Origin: Candidatus Giovannonibacteria bacterium
GTDB lineage: Bacteria > Patescibacteriota > Minisyncoccia > JACPKW01 > UBA11713
Assembly (NCBI GenBank): GCA_016186825.1
Contig: JACPKW010000006.1
Span: 3,191-67,190 of the forward strand
DNA length: 64,000 nucleotides
Direction: 5' to 3'
Shown here: positions 10,801 to 20,078 of the stretch, one piece after another
Layout of the letters: each line of letters begins with the position of its first letter
Position numbering within the stretch: position 1 is the stretch's first letter
Made by a program: the position numbers and the translations under genes
The notes under the pieces: model-generated
What the model was told of the DNA's origin: nothing
Databases searched by the model: none
Seen by the model: only the letters and a program-made list of their open reading frames with translations

Positions 10801-11318
10801 ACCCGAACCATGCAATAGAAAACCTTGACCTTCTTCCGGGTATGACCGGAGCGGACTTCGGCGTAGGGCCCGGTTTTTACGCGCTTCCAGCCGCGAAACG
10901 GCTCGGCAACTCCGGCACGCTCTATGCTTTCGATATCAGAAAAGAGATGCTTGAGATCACGCAGTCGAAAGCAAAAAGCGAAGGGTTAACAAACATCCAG
11001 GCAATCGCCGCAGATCTTGAACTTCCTGAAGGCTCGCACTTGAAAAACGAAACCGTGGATTTTATTTTAATCGCAAATATTCTTTTTCAGGTCGAAAATA
11101 AAAAGAACTTGGCGCGCGAATCTTTCAGAATATTGAAAAAAGGCGGGAAAGTTCTTCTCGTAGAGTGGGCTGAAGAAGAAAAACCCTTCGGGCCTCCCCT
11201 GAAATACCGTATCAACCGCAAAGAAGCGGAAGAAATATTTTTGCATGAAGGTTTTTTCTTTTCCAAAGAATTCAAAGCTGGCGATCATCACTACGGGCTT
11301 ATTTTAAAGAAGACTTAA
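10791..11318 (+). CDS. Class I SAM-dependent methyltransferase
   Basis: [10 protein letters not shown] motif I; RILKKGG. Confidence 0.9.
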   Translation: MFVNPNHAIENLDLLPGMTGADFGVGPGFYALPAAKRLGNSGTLYAFDIRKEMLEITQSKAKSEGLTNIQAIAADLELPEGSHLKNETVDFILIANILFQVENKKNLARESFRILKKGGKVLLVEWAEEEKPFGPPLKYRINRKEAEEIFLHEGFFFSKEFKAGDHHYGLILKKT

Positions 11319-11365
11319 AAATTTATTGCCTGCAGCGCAGGCAATAATCTGTTATCATTTAAATA

Positions 11366-12652
11366 ATGTCCAAAGTTCAGTTTTTTATAATAGTTTTTTC
11401 GATTTTTATCGCGATTTTGGCAGTTTTAGTCCTGTCTGGAGTGCTCCCCGGATTGGATCCGCTCGGAAGCGAGAACCCGGTTGATTTAGTTATCTGGGGA
11501 ACAGTCCCTGAAAATGTTTTTGCAAATCAGGCCTACGAGTTAAAAAAACTTCGTGAAAACATTAATGTTGCTTATGTTCAAAAACCCGCCGCTGACTTTG
11601 AAAACACTGTAATAAATGCCTTGGCTTCCGGCTCCGGCCCAGACTTAGTTTTGGCGAGTTCCGACTTAATAATCAAGCATCAAGATAAATTCGAGCTCTT
11701 GGATCAGAAAACTCTCACGGAGAGAAGATTCCACGACGCGTTTCTTGACGGCGCAGACATTTTGATTAAACAAAACGGGATAATTGGATTGCCTCTCGTA
11801 ATAGACCCACTTGTTCTTTACTGGAACAAGGATCTTTTTTCTAACGAAGGACTCGCTAGCCCGCCCAAAACCTGGGAAGAGTTTCAAAACTATTCGCGCG
11901 CACTTACAAAAATTGACGGATCGGGAAATATTTTAGAGTCCGGCGCCGCTCTGGGTCTTGATAAAAACGTGAGGCATTATAAGGAAATTCTCTCGATGCT
12001 GATGAGGCAAGCCGGAAACCCAATCATTGACGCCCAAACCACCCAGCCGGTGCTTGCCGAGGAAAACAGCCAAAACGCCAGGGCCGCAGAAGACGCGCTC
12101 CGATTTTACTCTGAATTCGCGCGCCCCCAAAAAGCTTCATACAGCTGGAATTCGTCGAAGCCGGATTCGAGGCAGGCTTTTCTCGAAGGCAAGCTCGCGA
12201 TGTATTTCGGCCTCGGCTCGGATTTTCAATATTTAAGGGACGCCAATCCTCATTTAAATTTTGATATCGCATCCGTTCCGCAGAGCGGCACCGTAAAATC
12301 AACATCCGGAAAATTTCTGGCATTTGTGATCTCGAGGCAATCGCCCTATAAAGCCGAGGCCTTCCAGACCGCGAGTTATTTTGTATCCTTAAACCCAATT
12401 TCAGATATTGCCGCAAAAATTTTTCTCCCTCCCGCGCGCCGCGATTTTGCTTCAACAAAAGTCAATAATCCCGTGATGGCAGTCCTTGTTTTAGAAGCAG
12501 TGCGCGCGCGGCTTTGGCCGGACGTCAATTCGGAAAAAACTTCTGAAATTTTTTCAGACATGATAAAATCGGTTTATAGCGGCGGGAAAAGCGCCTTAGA
12601 CGCCGCGCGAGATGCGCAAAGCAAACTTGAAGCTCTCTATAATCAAAATTAA
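11366..12652 (+). CDS. Extracellular solute-binding protein (sugar ABC-type)
   Basis: GPDLV, LYWNKDLF, PPKTWEEF, FLEGKLAMY motifs; N-terminal TM. Confidence 0.88.
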   Translation: MSKVQFFIIVFSIFIAILAVLVLSGVLPGLDPLGSENPVDLVIWGTVPENVFANQAYELKKLRENINVAYVQKPAADFENTVINALASGSGPDLVLASSDLIIKHQDKFELLDQKTLTERRFHDAFLDGADILIKQNGIIGLPLVIDPLVLYWNKDLFSNEGLASPPKTWEEFQNYSRALTKIDGSGNILESGAALGLDKNVRHYKEILSMLMRQAGNPIIDAQTTQPVLAEENSQNARAAEDALRFYSEFARPQKASYSWNSSKPDSRQAFLEGKLAMYFGLGSDFQYLRDANPHLNFDIASVPQSGTVKSTSGKFLAFVISRQSPYKAEAFQTASYFVSLNPISDIAAKIFLPPARRDFASTKVNNPVMAVLVLEAVRARLWPDVNSEKTSEIFSDMIKSVYSGGKSALDAARDAQSKLEALYNQN

Positions 12653-13601
12653 TAAATTTTTCATTGCTTCTTTTTTAGCCATTCTTTTAGGAATGGCTTT
12701 TGTGTTCTCTTTTTCTGAAGCATACGCGCAAGCGCCCATTGTTCAGTGCGGAAACCCCGGTCAGCCCATGTGCAATTTGTGCGATCTTTATACGGGAATA
12801 CGCCGTATAATTAACTTTCTGCTCGTAGGCGTAGCAGTGCCGCTTGCAACCGCAGCTATGATCTGGGGAGGGATCGTGCTTGTTACATCTGGAAGTTCCG
12901 ACCGCCATACTTTAGGAAAAACGATTCTTTGGTATACGGCATTAGGCTTTCTTATCACACTCGGAGCGTGGCTTATTGTAAATACGATTCTTGATACCGT
13001 TGGGTTTAGACTGCCCTTCGGAACGGGCCAATGGTGGAACTATGAAATCTGCAAAAAATTTGACGAGTTTAAAACTGTAACTGGCGGACCCTCTGTCCCA
13101 ACAACCCCCACGACGCCGACGATGCCTTCAGTACCAACGACTGGTGGCCGAAATTGCCCAAACTGCACAAACCTGTCGCTTTCAGCAACGAATACAGCTT
13201 GCCGAAAAACCGCATCAGGGATCTGCCAGATTGATGCGAGCACAAATGAAAAACTAAAAACCTTGCAGAATGAATTGGGTAAGTCTGTAGAGCCCCTGTC
13301 CTTAACAATTACTGAAGCTTACCCTCCTATTCTTGTGCAATGCGCTTATCAAGGCCAAAAAGATTGTCATAAGGATGCCTGTCATTGGGACGGGACTTGC
13401 GTCGATGCTAAATTAATAGCCCCAACGTATACCGGAAAACAAATTGGTGATGTTGTAACAAGGGCAAAAAACGCCCAGCTTGACGCTTATTATGAAGTTG
13501 CCGATAAAACGCGCGCAAATAAACTGATAAGCCAAGGAGTGCCTGCAAGCAATATCTGGGTAACTGGAGCCAAGGAACACTTCCATATCCGCTCGAAATA
13601 A
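12612..13601 (+). CDS. VirB2/TrbC-like pilin domain fused via a Pro/Thr linker to a Cys-rich, putative M15/LAS-type Zn peptidase domain
   Basis: Pilin-like TM pair (AMIWGG...ILWYTALGFLI); PTTPTTPT linker; H-x6-D (HWDGTCVD) and HFH motif. Confidence 0.6.
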   Translation: MRKANLKLSIIKINKFFIASFLAILLGMAFVFSFSEAYAQAPIVQCGNPGQPMCNLCDLYTGIRRIINFLLVGVAVPLATAAMIWGGIVLVTSGSSDRHTLGKTILWYTALGFLITLGAWLIVNTILDTVGFRLPFGTGQWWNYEICKKFDEFKTVTGGPSVPTTPTTPTMPSVPTTGGRNCPNCTNLSLSATNTACRKTASGICQIDASTNEKLKTLQNELGKSVEPLSLTITEAYPPILVQCAYQGQKDCHKDACHWDGTCVDAKLIAPTYTGKQIGDVVTRAKNAQLDAYYEVADKTRANKLISQGVPASNIWVTGAKEHFHIRSK

Positions 13602-13695
13602 TTATCCATTTCACAAAAACCGCCTGCTTGCTAAAATTATTAGTATATTACTAAGCATCAAAGGTCATATAAATTAAAGGTTTTTTAGTTAAATT

Positions 13696-14040
13696 ATGAA
13701 AAAAGTCGCAAAAAAAATATTGCCTTATGCCGCCGCAGGGCTTCTGCCCCTCTTGGCTTTTGCCCAAACGGCAGAGTCAATTATCACTAGAATTGATCGA
13801 ATTCTCCAACAAGTAATTCCTATTCTTCTGATAATCGGCACGATCGTATTTCTGTGGGGAATAATTGTTTTTATCACAGCAGGCGCTTCTGAAGAGAAAA
13901 AGAGCTATGGAAAATATTTGATTATTTACGGACTTGTTGGCCTCTTTGTGATGGTGGCGATCTGGGGAATTGTCGGAGTTCTTGTAAACACTTTCGGAGT
14001 GGGGGGTAGGCGCGTTCCTCGCGATGTTGGCGGAATATAA
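13696..14040 (+). CDS. VirB2/TrbC-like pilin
   Basis: Signal peptide ..AFAQ; FLWG...GK..IIYGLVGLFVMVAIWG. Confidence 0.8.
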   Translation: MKKVAKKILPYAAAGLLPLLAFAQTAESIITRIDRILQQVIPILLIIGTIVFLWGIIVFITAGASEEKKSYGKYLIIYGLVGLFVMVAIWGIVGVLVNTFGVGGRRVPRDVGGI

Positions 14041-14055
14041 GCAGCAACTTTTTTA

Positions 14056-14328
14056 ATGCCTGCATTGATTGCATACGCCAAGAGCGCGGATGAGATAATT
14101 GATATAACGATTGCCGAAGTTATCCAGCCGTTTCTGATTGTTTTATTCGCGCTCGCGGCGATTCTCTTTTTCTGGGGAGTGGTCCAGTTCATCATGAACC
14201 CCGATAGCGAGGATAAAAAGGCGAGCGGGAGGCAGCATATGATATGGGGGCTGATCGGACTTGCAATAATGTTCGGCGTAAATGGGATTATTAAAATTCT
14301 TCAAAACTTCGTAGGACAGATAAAATAA
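14056..14328 (+). CDS. VirB2/TrbC-like pilin
   Basis: FFWG...GRQHMIWGLIGL; paralog of neighbours. Confidence 0.78.
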   Translation: MPALIAYAKSADEIIDITIAEVIQPFLIVLFALAAILFFWGVVQFIMNPDSEDKKASGRQHMIWGLIGLAIMFGVNGIIKILQNFVGQIK

Positions 14329-14329
14329 T

Positions 14330-14836
14330 ATGGACTTTTTAATTCCCGTAGCTAACGCGCAGACCTTCAAAGGCGCTGCGGACAATATCACAAACGCTCT
14401 CGAATCAGTCATCCCGATTCTCTTTTTAATCGCGACAATCGTATTTCTTTGGGGCGTTGTTTTATACATCACAGCGGCAGGTTCGGAGGATAAAAATAAA
14501 AAGGGGCATAAATATATTATCTGGGGGCTAGTCGGTTTGTTTGTAATGGTTGCCGTTTGGGGACTTGTAAGATTAATCACATCACTTGTTTTTGGAACTG
14601 CGATTTTGCCCCGTTCTGCTGATATCCCGTGTTTACCCGGACAAACCTGTAGCTCGAGTAATTCCGGAAATTCCGCCGACTGGAACTCTGGAGGAAGGTA
14701 TGAAGGCTGGTATCCGGAAGACCAAGAAGATGAATCAGGAAATAGTATAAATGTCAACAGCGGCGTATTTGAAGTCCCTACTCCGACAGATCCATGCGAA
14801 GGCGACAACCCGGCATATTGGGATCCTGACTGTTAA
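14330..14836 (+). CDS. VirB2/TrbC-like pilin with acidic Cys-containing tail
   Basis: FLWG...IIWGLVGLFVMVAVWG plus about 70-aa acidic extension. Confidence 0.78.
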   Translation: MDFLIPVANAQTFKGAADNITNALESVIPILFLIATIVFLWGVVLYITAAGSEDKNKKGHKYIIWGLVGLFVMVAVWGLVRLITSLVFGTAILPRSADIPCLPGQTCSSSNSGNSADWNSGGRYEGWYPEDQEDESGNSINVNSGVFEVPTPTDPCEGDNPAYWDPDC

Positions 14837-14985
14837 TGTATAAATCAGGACTAAAATTCAGCGCAGGCGCAATTGGTTTGATAATCATAGGAATTGCGTT
14901 TCTCCTTATTCTTCAGGCAGTGAACAAAAATTCCGAAAATCAAGCAGCAAATATTTTGCAAACTGAAAATTAATTCAAGTAATTG

Positions 14986-15056
14986 TGCGGCCAGCGAGAA
15001 TTGAACTCGCGTCTCGTCCTTGGCAAGGACGCATTCTGCCACTAAACCATGGCCGC
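14986..15056 (-). tRNA. tRNA-Gly(GCC)
   Basis: Cloverleaf GCGGCCA/TGGCCGC, anticodon loop TT-GCC-AA; discriminator A. Confidence 0.95.
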
Positions 15057-15097
15057 AATGAATATTATTTTATCTGATAAAAATCAATTTTTCAAAG

Positions 15098-15179
15098 TGC
15101 CTCCGAGAGGATTTGAACCTCTAACCCCTTCGGGACGGCGTTCTAAGCGCCGCGCGTATGCCAGTTCCGCCACGGAGGC
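15098..15179 (-). tRNA. tRNA-Leu(TAG)
   Basis: CGGCG-CT-TAG-AA-CGCCG, long variable arm. Confidence 0.95.
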
Positions 15180-15185
15180 ATTTTG

Positions 15186-15269
15186 TGCCCGGAGTGGGGC
15201 TCGAACCCACAAGCCCTTTCGGGCCGAGGATTTTAAGTCCTCTGCGTAAACCAATTCCGCCATCCGGGC
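15186..15269 (-). tRNA. tRNA-Leu(TAA)
   Basis: GAGGA-CT-TAA-AA-TCCTC, long variable arm. Confidence 0.95.
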
Positions 15270-15292
15270 ATTTAAGTTTTTTTAATCTTCGG

Positions 15293-15483
15293 AGGCCATG
15301 GCGGGACTCGCACCCGCGTATAGCGGTTTTGCCCGCCTGCCAGAGCTTGAGGCCTGGGAGGGATTCGAACCCTCGTATATGGGTTTTGCAGACCCATGCC
15401 TTACCTCTTGGCTACCAGGCCATATTTGCTCAGGCCGATTGCGGGCAGGCAGACCGCCGCGTTAGCTTCTTCGCCACATGGCC
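15293..15483 (-). tRNA. Outer tRNA-Cys(GCA), split in the anticodon by a 118-bp insertion (15332-15449)
   Basis: Joining 15450-15483 to 15293-15331 gives GGCCATG..GCGGT-CT-GCA-AA-ACCGC..GCGGG-TGCGAGT-CCCGC-CATGGCC-T with perfect stems and U73. Confidence 0.85.
15350..15421 (-). tRNA. Inner tRNA-Cys(GCA), nested within the insertion
   Basis: GGCCTGG..TGGGT-CT-GCA-AA-ACCCA..GAGGG-TTCGAAT-CCCTC-CCAGGCC-T. Confidence 0.95.
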
Positions 15484-15549
15484 AGAAATCCTTTGCGATA
15501 TTATATCATTCGATGAAAATTTTAAAGACTGATTTTTTATTTATTTTTT

Positions 15550-15879
15550 TTACTTCGCTTTCTTCAAGAGGCTCTCGATTTGAAGGCGCTTCTTCTCAGA
15601 TTCGTCCAGGATAAATTCAAGTGTTGGCACGAATTTTGTTTTGATTTGAGACGCCAAATGAAAACGCATTTCTTTCTTCAAATCCTCTAAGGAGTTTAAC
15701 ACATCTTTTTCCCTCGAATCAGGCCACACAGAAAAAAATATTTTCAAATGATTTAGGTCATCCGAAATCTCAACTTTAGTCACGCTAAATGTTCCATCCT
15801 TTATGAAAAGGTTCTTTTGCAAAAAAACTGATACTGTTTCGTTATATAAAGATGCGAGTTTCTCCTGGCGATGGTTCAT
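15550..15879 (-). CDS. rbfA: Ribosome-binding factor A
   Basis: VTKVEISDDL...VPTLEFILDES; follows infB. Confidence 0.9.
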   Translation of the reverse strand: MNHRQEKLASLYNETVSVFLQKNLFIKDGTFSVTKVEISDDLNHLKIFFSVWPDSREKDVLNSLEDLKKEMRFHLASQIKTKFVPTLEFILDESEKKRLQIESLLKKAK

Positions 15880-17408
15880 CTTAAATTAAACTGAACTTTT
15901 TTAATTTCCTCTTCAAAAATTTCAAGAACGTCTCCGGGCGCGATCTCAAAAGCAATTTCAGCCAAAACCCCGAACTCACTTCCCTCTGAAACTTCCCTTG
16001 CTCTCATTTTCCCCGATTGCAGTTCTAATATCCTCCCCTCGCCTAACGGAAAATCTCTCCTTAAAAGCGTGATTCTTTTTCCCTCCGTGATTAACCCCGA
16101 TTCAACGCGGCCGCCGACAATCTGCTTTGATCCATCTTTCTTAAAAATTTTTAGAATCCGGGCGCGTCCGAGAACTTTTTTCTGTTTTTCTTCGGGCAAT
16201 CTTTTTTCTATTTCACCCTGAAGCCAATCGCCCATTTCATAAATAAGATCGAAAGTTTTTACAGTTACCATAAACCGCTCTGCCAGATCAAGCGCGCTTT
16301 TTTCTGCTTTAACCCGAAAGCCGATAATTATTGTTTCCTTCCCTCCCGCGGCAAGTTTAATATCATCTTCCGTTATGTTGCCCACTTCAGAGCGGAGATA
16401 ATTTATCGTGGCTTCAGGAATCTCAAATTTTTTTAATTCGCTCTGCAATGCCTCGAGCGATCCCGCTGTATCTGCTCTTAATATTACGGGAATGGCTTTC
16501 GCGCCCTCTCCTGAAATTTGGGCAGGCAGGGCTGAAATTTCCGGAAAATTCTTCAGCGCAAACTCTATATCTTTTTGCGTGGGAAACGTGTTAAAAACTG
16601 CGCCCACGCTAGGAATATGCTCAAACCCTACGACGCGCACAGGATTCGAAGCTCGAGCGCGCTCAATATTTTTGCCTTCAAAATTTTCAAGAATTTTGAT
16701 TTTAAGGTATGCCCCTCCTGCCAATATAAAATCCCCCTTTGAAAGCTCCCCCTCGCAGATTAAAAGAGTCGCGGCATTTCCACGTTTCGGATCCAGATGC
16801 GATTCAATAACGACACCCGAAGCTTTTTTTGATAAATCCGTTGTTAATTCTTCTAAATCAGAGAGCAATAAAATCATTTCCAACAGCTTTTCGATACCTT
16901 CTCCAGTTTTTGCCGAAACAGGTAAAACAGGAACTTTGCCGCCCCATTCCTCTATTAAAACTCCCTTTTCGCCAAGTTCTTTTTTTACGCGCGCCGAATC
17001 TGCCGTCTCCTTATCAATTTTATTCAATACAACAATGAAAGGTATTTTTGCCTCGTTGATCGCCTTGAGAGACTCCTCCGTTTGTGGCTTGACGCCATCG
17101 TCAGCCGCCACCACCAAGAGCGCGATATCGGCTACCCCCGCGCCTCTCGAACGCATTTTCGAAAATGCTTCGTGACCGGGCGTATCAATGAAAGTTATTT
17201 CATGCTCAATATTTTTTGAGTCCTTCAAGGTTATAACATACGCGCCGATATGCTGTGTTATTCCTCCGGTTTCCTTCGAGGCGATTTTGGTGTCGCGAAT
17301 TCTGTCCAAAAGGCTGGTTTTTCCATGATCAATATGCCCCAAAACAGCGATCACAGGCGGACGCTTCGTCAAAATTTTATTATTTTCTTTTACTAAATTT
17401 TTCTCCAT
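15876..17408 (-). CDS. infB: Translation initiation factor IF-2 (short form)
   Basis: GHIDHGKT, GGITQHIGA, DTPGHEAF, NKID. Confidence 0.97.
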   Translation of the reverse strand: MEKNLVKENNKILTKRPPVIAVLGHIDHGKTSLLDRIRDTKIASKETGGITQHIGAYVITLKDSKNIEHEITFIDTPGHEAFSKMRSRGAGVADIALLVVAADDGVKPQTEESLKAINEAKIPFIVVLNKIDKETADSARVKKELGEKGVLIEEWGGKVPVLPVSAKTGEGIEKLLEMILLLSDLEELTTDLSKKASGVVIESHLDPKRGNAATLLICEGELSKGDFILAGGAYLKIKILENFEGKNIERARASNPVRVVGFEHIPSVGAVFNTFPTQKDIEFALKNFPEISALPAQISGEGAKAIPVILRADTAGSLEALQSELKKFEIPEATINYLRSEVGNITEDDIKLAAGGKETIIIGFRVKAEKSALDLAERFMVTVKTFDLIYEMGDWLQGEIEKRLPEEKQKKVLGRARILKIFKKDGSKQIVGGRVESGLITEGKRITLLRRDFPLGEGRILELQSGKMRAREVSEGSEFGVLAEIAFEIAPGDVLEIFEEEIKKVQFNLR

Positions 17409-17480
17409 GTTTTGAGACGATAATAAAAAAATCTCTGCTGATGAACTTGTTAATTTAATCCACTTATTAGCTTTGAATAA

Positions 17481-17933
17481 TCAACTTTTTCGGAGAGCGT
17501 CTTCTACCGCCTGCAGCTCTTCATTAGAAAGTTTGTAGGTCGATGTGCCCTTGTCCAACGGTTTCGCATAAATTCTCGAAGTATCTCGCCCATAAAGCGA
17601 CGAGAGTACAATTCCGTTTTTTCGCTCATCCATTATTGCCAATGCAAAGCTTTGGTCTCCGCCTGCGTCTTTGAAAGGATTAAACCGGACGATCCCGACA
17701 TGCTGGGCGGAACGATTAAGCCTTTTTTCAACTGATTCTAAATACTTTTCCATATCTTCGCGCGAGCCATGCAAAGCTTGGAGCTCACGCGCAATTTCTC
17801 TCAAAATATTTTCTAGATCGCCGGGTTTTTTTCCCCCGAATACTTTTCGCAAACGAGCTTCCAAAAAAATAGCCCAAACAATTGTTAAAAATGCGAACAC
17901 ACCGACGACATAAATTAAGATTTGCTGATTCAT
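17481..17933 (-). CDS. DUF4446-like membrane protein
   Basis: N-terminal TM, coiled coil, GIVRFNPF..GGDQSF..YAKP. Confidence 0.75.
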   Translation of the reverse strand: MNQQILIYVVGVFAFLTIVWAIFLEARLRKVFGGKKPGDLENILREIARELQALHGSREDMEKYLESVEKRLNRSAQHVGIVRFNPFKDAGGDQSFALAIMDERKNGIVLSSLYGRDTSRIYAKPLDKGTSTYKLSNEELQAVEDALRKS

Positions 17934-17964
17934 GTATGATTTAAAAAATAAATGTTTCGCTCAC

Positions 17965-18054
17965 TGGCGGAGGCGGGAGGATTCGAACCTCCGATACCCT
18001 TTCGGATATACCGCTTTTCGAGAGCGGCCCGATCAACCACTCCGGCACGCCTCC
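17965..18054 (-). tRNA. tRNA-Ser(CGA)
   Basis: CCGCT-CT-CGA-AA-AGCGG, long variable arm, encoded CCA. Confidence 0.95.
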
Positions 18055-18220
18055 TTAAACGCGACCCACTAATGACCCACTAAAAAATATCTTAAATTTT
18101 AACCTTATTTCACGTTTTTTACAAGAAAATAAAATATATCGTCGGAAAACTCTAAAACAATATTAATAAAAAATCAATGCGAAAAGTCGCGTTTTAACTG
18201 ATGAAAGGAGAATTTTGAAA

Positions 18221-18247
18221 TTAGCACTCTATTGACAAGACTGCTAA
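18221..18247 (+). promoter_or_regulatory. CIRCE (HrcA operator) overlapping a TTGACA -35 box upstream of hsp20
   Basis: TTAGCACTC-tattgacaa-GACTGCTAA, one mismatch to TTAGCACTC-N9-GAGTGCTAA. Confidence 0.85.
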
Positions 18248-18302
18248 TTTTAATAAAATTACGATAAAAAGGTCGAGATTTATAAAATAATATTTTACTA
18301 CC

Positions 18303-18800
18303 ATGAAAATAATCAGAAAAAATGAAGAGAATAAAAGGAGCGACGAGCAAGCTATGCGCCCTCTTCAGAAACGACATTTAATATCGCCGTGGCGCACATT
18401 TGATCGCTTCTTCGAAGATCCGTTTTGGGAATCAGATTTCCCTGTTCTTTCGCTTAAACCCTTTCGATCGATGGGATTCCCTAAAGTTGACGTTTCAGAA
18501 ACAGAAAATGAAATTAAAATCGTCGCGAATGTCCCGGGGATAGATCCAGAAAAAATCGAAATAGAAATAGACGACGACACGATCACACTCTCGGGAAAAA
18601 TTGAAAAAGAAACTGAAAAGAAAGATGAAAAAGTATATAGATACGAGCGGGAATACGGGGAATTTCGTCGGGAGTTCGCACTTCCAGCTCGAGTGAAAAC
18701 GGATCAGGTGCAGGCAAAATGCAAAGACGGTGTTCTCACAATCACGCTTCCAAAAACGGAGGAAGAAAAAAGAAAGAAAATAAAAATTGAAAAAGAGTAA
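18303..18800 (+). CDS. Hsp20/alpha-crystallin small heat-shock protein
   Basis: PKVDVSE, VPGI, YEREYGEFRREFALP, DGVLTITLPK. Confidence 0.95.
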   Translation: MKIIRKNEENKRSDEQAMRPLQKRHLISPWRTFDRFFEDPFWESDFPVLSLKPFRSMGFPKVDVSETENEIKIVANVPGIDPEKIEIEIDDDTITLSGKIEKETEKKDEKVYRYEREYGEFRREFALPARVKTDQVQAKCKDGVLTITLPKTEEEKRKKIKIEKE

Positions 18801-18832
18801 TCTAAAATCCCCGCGCAGGCGGGGATTTTAGA
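18801..18832. terminator. Bidirectional hairpin terminator
   Basis: tctaaaatccccgc-gcag-gcggggattttaga. Confidence 0.75.
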
Positions 18833-18841
18833 TTCAAGAAG

Positions 18842-18912
18842 TGGACCTAGAGGTAATCGAAACCTCGCCTCATCCATGCCATGGATGCGTTCTGCCACTG
18901 AACTATAGGCCC
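18842..18912 (-). tRNA. tRNA-Ala(GGC)
   Basis: G3:U70 pair, GGC anticodon. Confidence 0.93.
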
Positions 18913-18949
18913 CCGCTGGAATTTTAGCGGATTTGTTATTTTATACAAC

Positions 18950-19201
18950 TTAAACTTGCGTATTGTCTTTTCTCGAAAAAACGTAGAGATAAAGAATTTC
19001 GAGAATCCCGACTGTGTTTATGACGAGAAGAGCTACAAACCACGCCTTCTCGCCGCGCCGCGCCGCGCGCCAGAGCGCGAGCCCTTTCCAAATAAACGAC
19101 CAGATTATCACTATTGAAAGTGAAATCCAGAACCAAGAAGGCAAATCACCCCACACGGGCTTCGCCCATCCCTGAAACGTATTTTGAAACCATTCGATCA
19201 T
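18950..19201 (-). CDS. Small membrane protein (DUF5652-like)
   Basis: WSFIWKGLALWRAAR...WF..LLVINTVGILEILY. Confidence 0.75.
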   Translation of the reverse strand: MIEWFQNTFQGWAKPVWGDLPSWFWISLSIVIIWSFIWKGLALWRAARRGEKAWFVALLVINTVGILEILYLYVFSRKDNTQV

Positions 19202-19216
19202 GTTATTTTTTTTTAA

Positions 19217-19723
19217 TTAATAAATAAGTTGATATGAATTAATAATTTTCTGACCAATAGTAAATTCCTCGGTTGATTCTTTTACAGATTTAGGAACATC
19301 AATATTCCAAGCGGATTGTTTCCCGTATTTTGGATCAGGGCTTCCGAAATCTGCGATAGCGTTAAAATTACCATCTATATAAATCAGAATTCGATAATTG
19401 ACCGGAACTCCTATATACCCCGGAAGATCATATCGTTTGGGGCTCTCAATATTAACTCCAATACTTTTAATATTTCCCTTATCGCTGGTCCAAACATTTC
19501 GGCTCGTATCAACCAACTTCCAACCATCCGGATATTTTACCTCAAAACCATATTCCGTATTTCTATAAGTTTTCCACCCCGCGGTTTCGTCATTCTCTTG
19601 CTCGGTCTGCTGATTTTGATTTTCGACAGGAGCTGGAGCTTCGGCCTGTTTGATCCAAATATAATATGAAACACCGATAATTATTGCGATGAGAACTATT
19701 ATTAAATCAGTTCGCTTGCTCAT
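19217..19723 (-). CDS. Membrane-anchored secreted protein with WKTY..YGFE.KYP (PsbP-like) motif
   Basis: N-terminal TM; GWKTYRNTEYGFEVKYPDGW motif shared with cassette-array proteins. Confidence 0.7.
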   Translation of the reverse strand: MSKRTDLIIVLIAIIIGVSYYIWIKQAEAPAPVENQNQQTEQENDETAGWKTYRNTEYGFEVKYPDGWKLVDTSRNVWTSDKGNIKSIGVNIESPKRYDLPGYIGVPVNYRILIYIDGNFNAIADFGSPDPKYGKQSAWNIDVPKSVKESTEEFTIGQKIINSYQLIY

Positions 19724-19813
19724 GAAATTTTGTAAAAAATTAACTATTAACATTATACTATAAAAAACTGTTCTGTCACACCTCACAGTAGACAACAAAG
19801 AACCCCACCATAA

Positions 19814-19847
19814 ACTTCATATTTGCACGATCGTGAGAATATGAAGT
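19814..19847. repeat. 34-bp imperfect palindrome with CACGATCGTG core (copy 1)
   Basis: acttcatatttgcacgatcgtgagaatatgaagt; second copy at 50138. Confidence 0.7.
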
Positions 19848-19905
19848 ATTAGGAGAACACGTCATCACTAAAAATAAGTTTAGAGTTTTTTGCGATAAAT
19901 CTTTG

Positions 19906-19977
19906 CGCCCCCGTTCCGAGTCGAACGGAAATCTAGGGCTTAGGAGTCCCTTGTTCTGTCCCTTGAACTACGGGGGC
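19906..19977 (-). tRNA. tRNA-Arg(CCT)
   Basis: CT-CCT-AA loop; ends GGGGGC-G-CA. Confidence 0.93.
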
Positions 19978-20078
19978 GAAAAAAATGTTTAACGGGAAGG
20001 TTATCCCTTTATGTATAGCATATTCGGCTGATATTCTTAATTTAATCAAAAACTATTCAACAATTTAACAAACAAACC

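Noticed and set aside
15332-15449. Group I intron explanation for the anticodon insertions (also 37596-37701)
   Set aside because: After removing the inner tRNA only about 46 and 34 nt remain, far too short for a ribozyme core, and no P/Q/R/S-like elements are visible.
14851-15614. Short ORFs over the tRNA cluster (also 22315-22662, 23602-23850, 26255-26458, 31263-31623, 37456-37644)
   Set aside because: They are shadows of tRNA genes and structured repeats with no protein-like features.
18063-18083. gacccactaa direct repeat upstream of tRNA-Ser
   Set aside because: Only two short copies and no other support.
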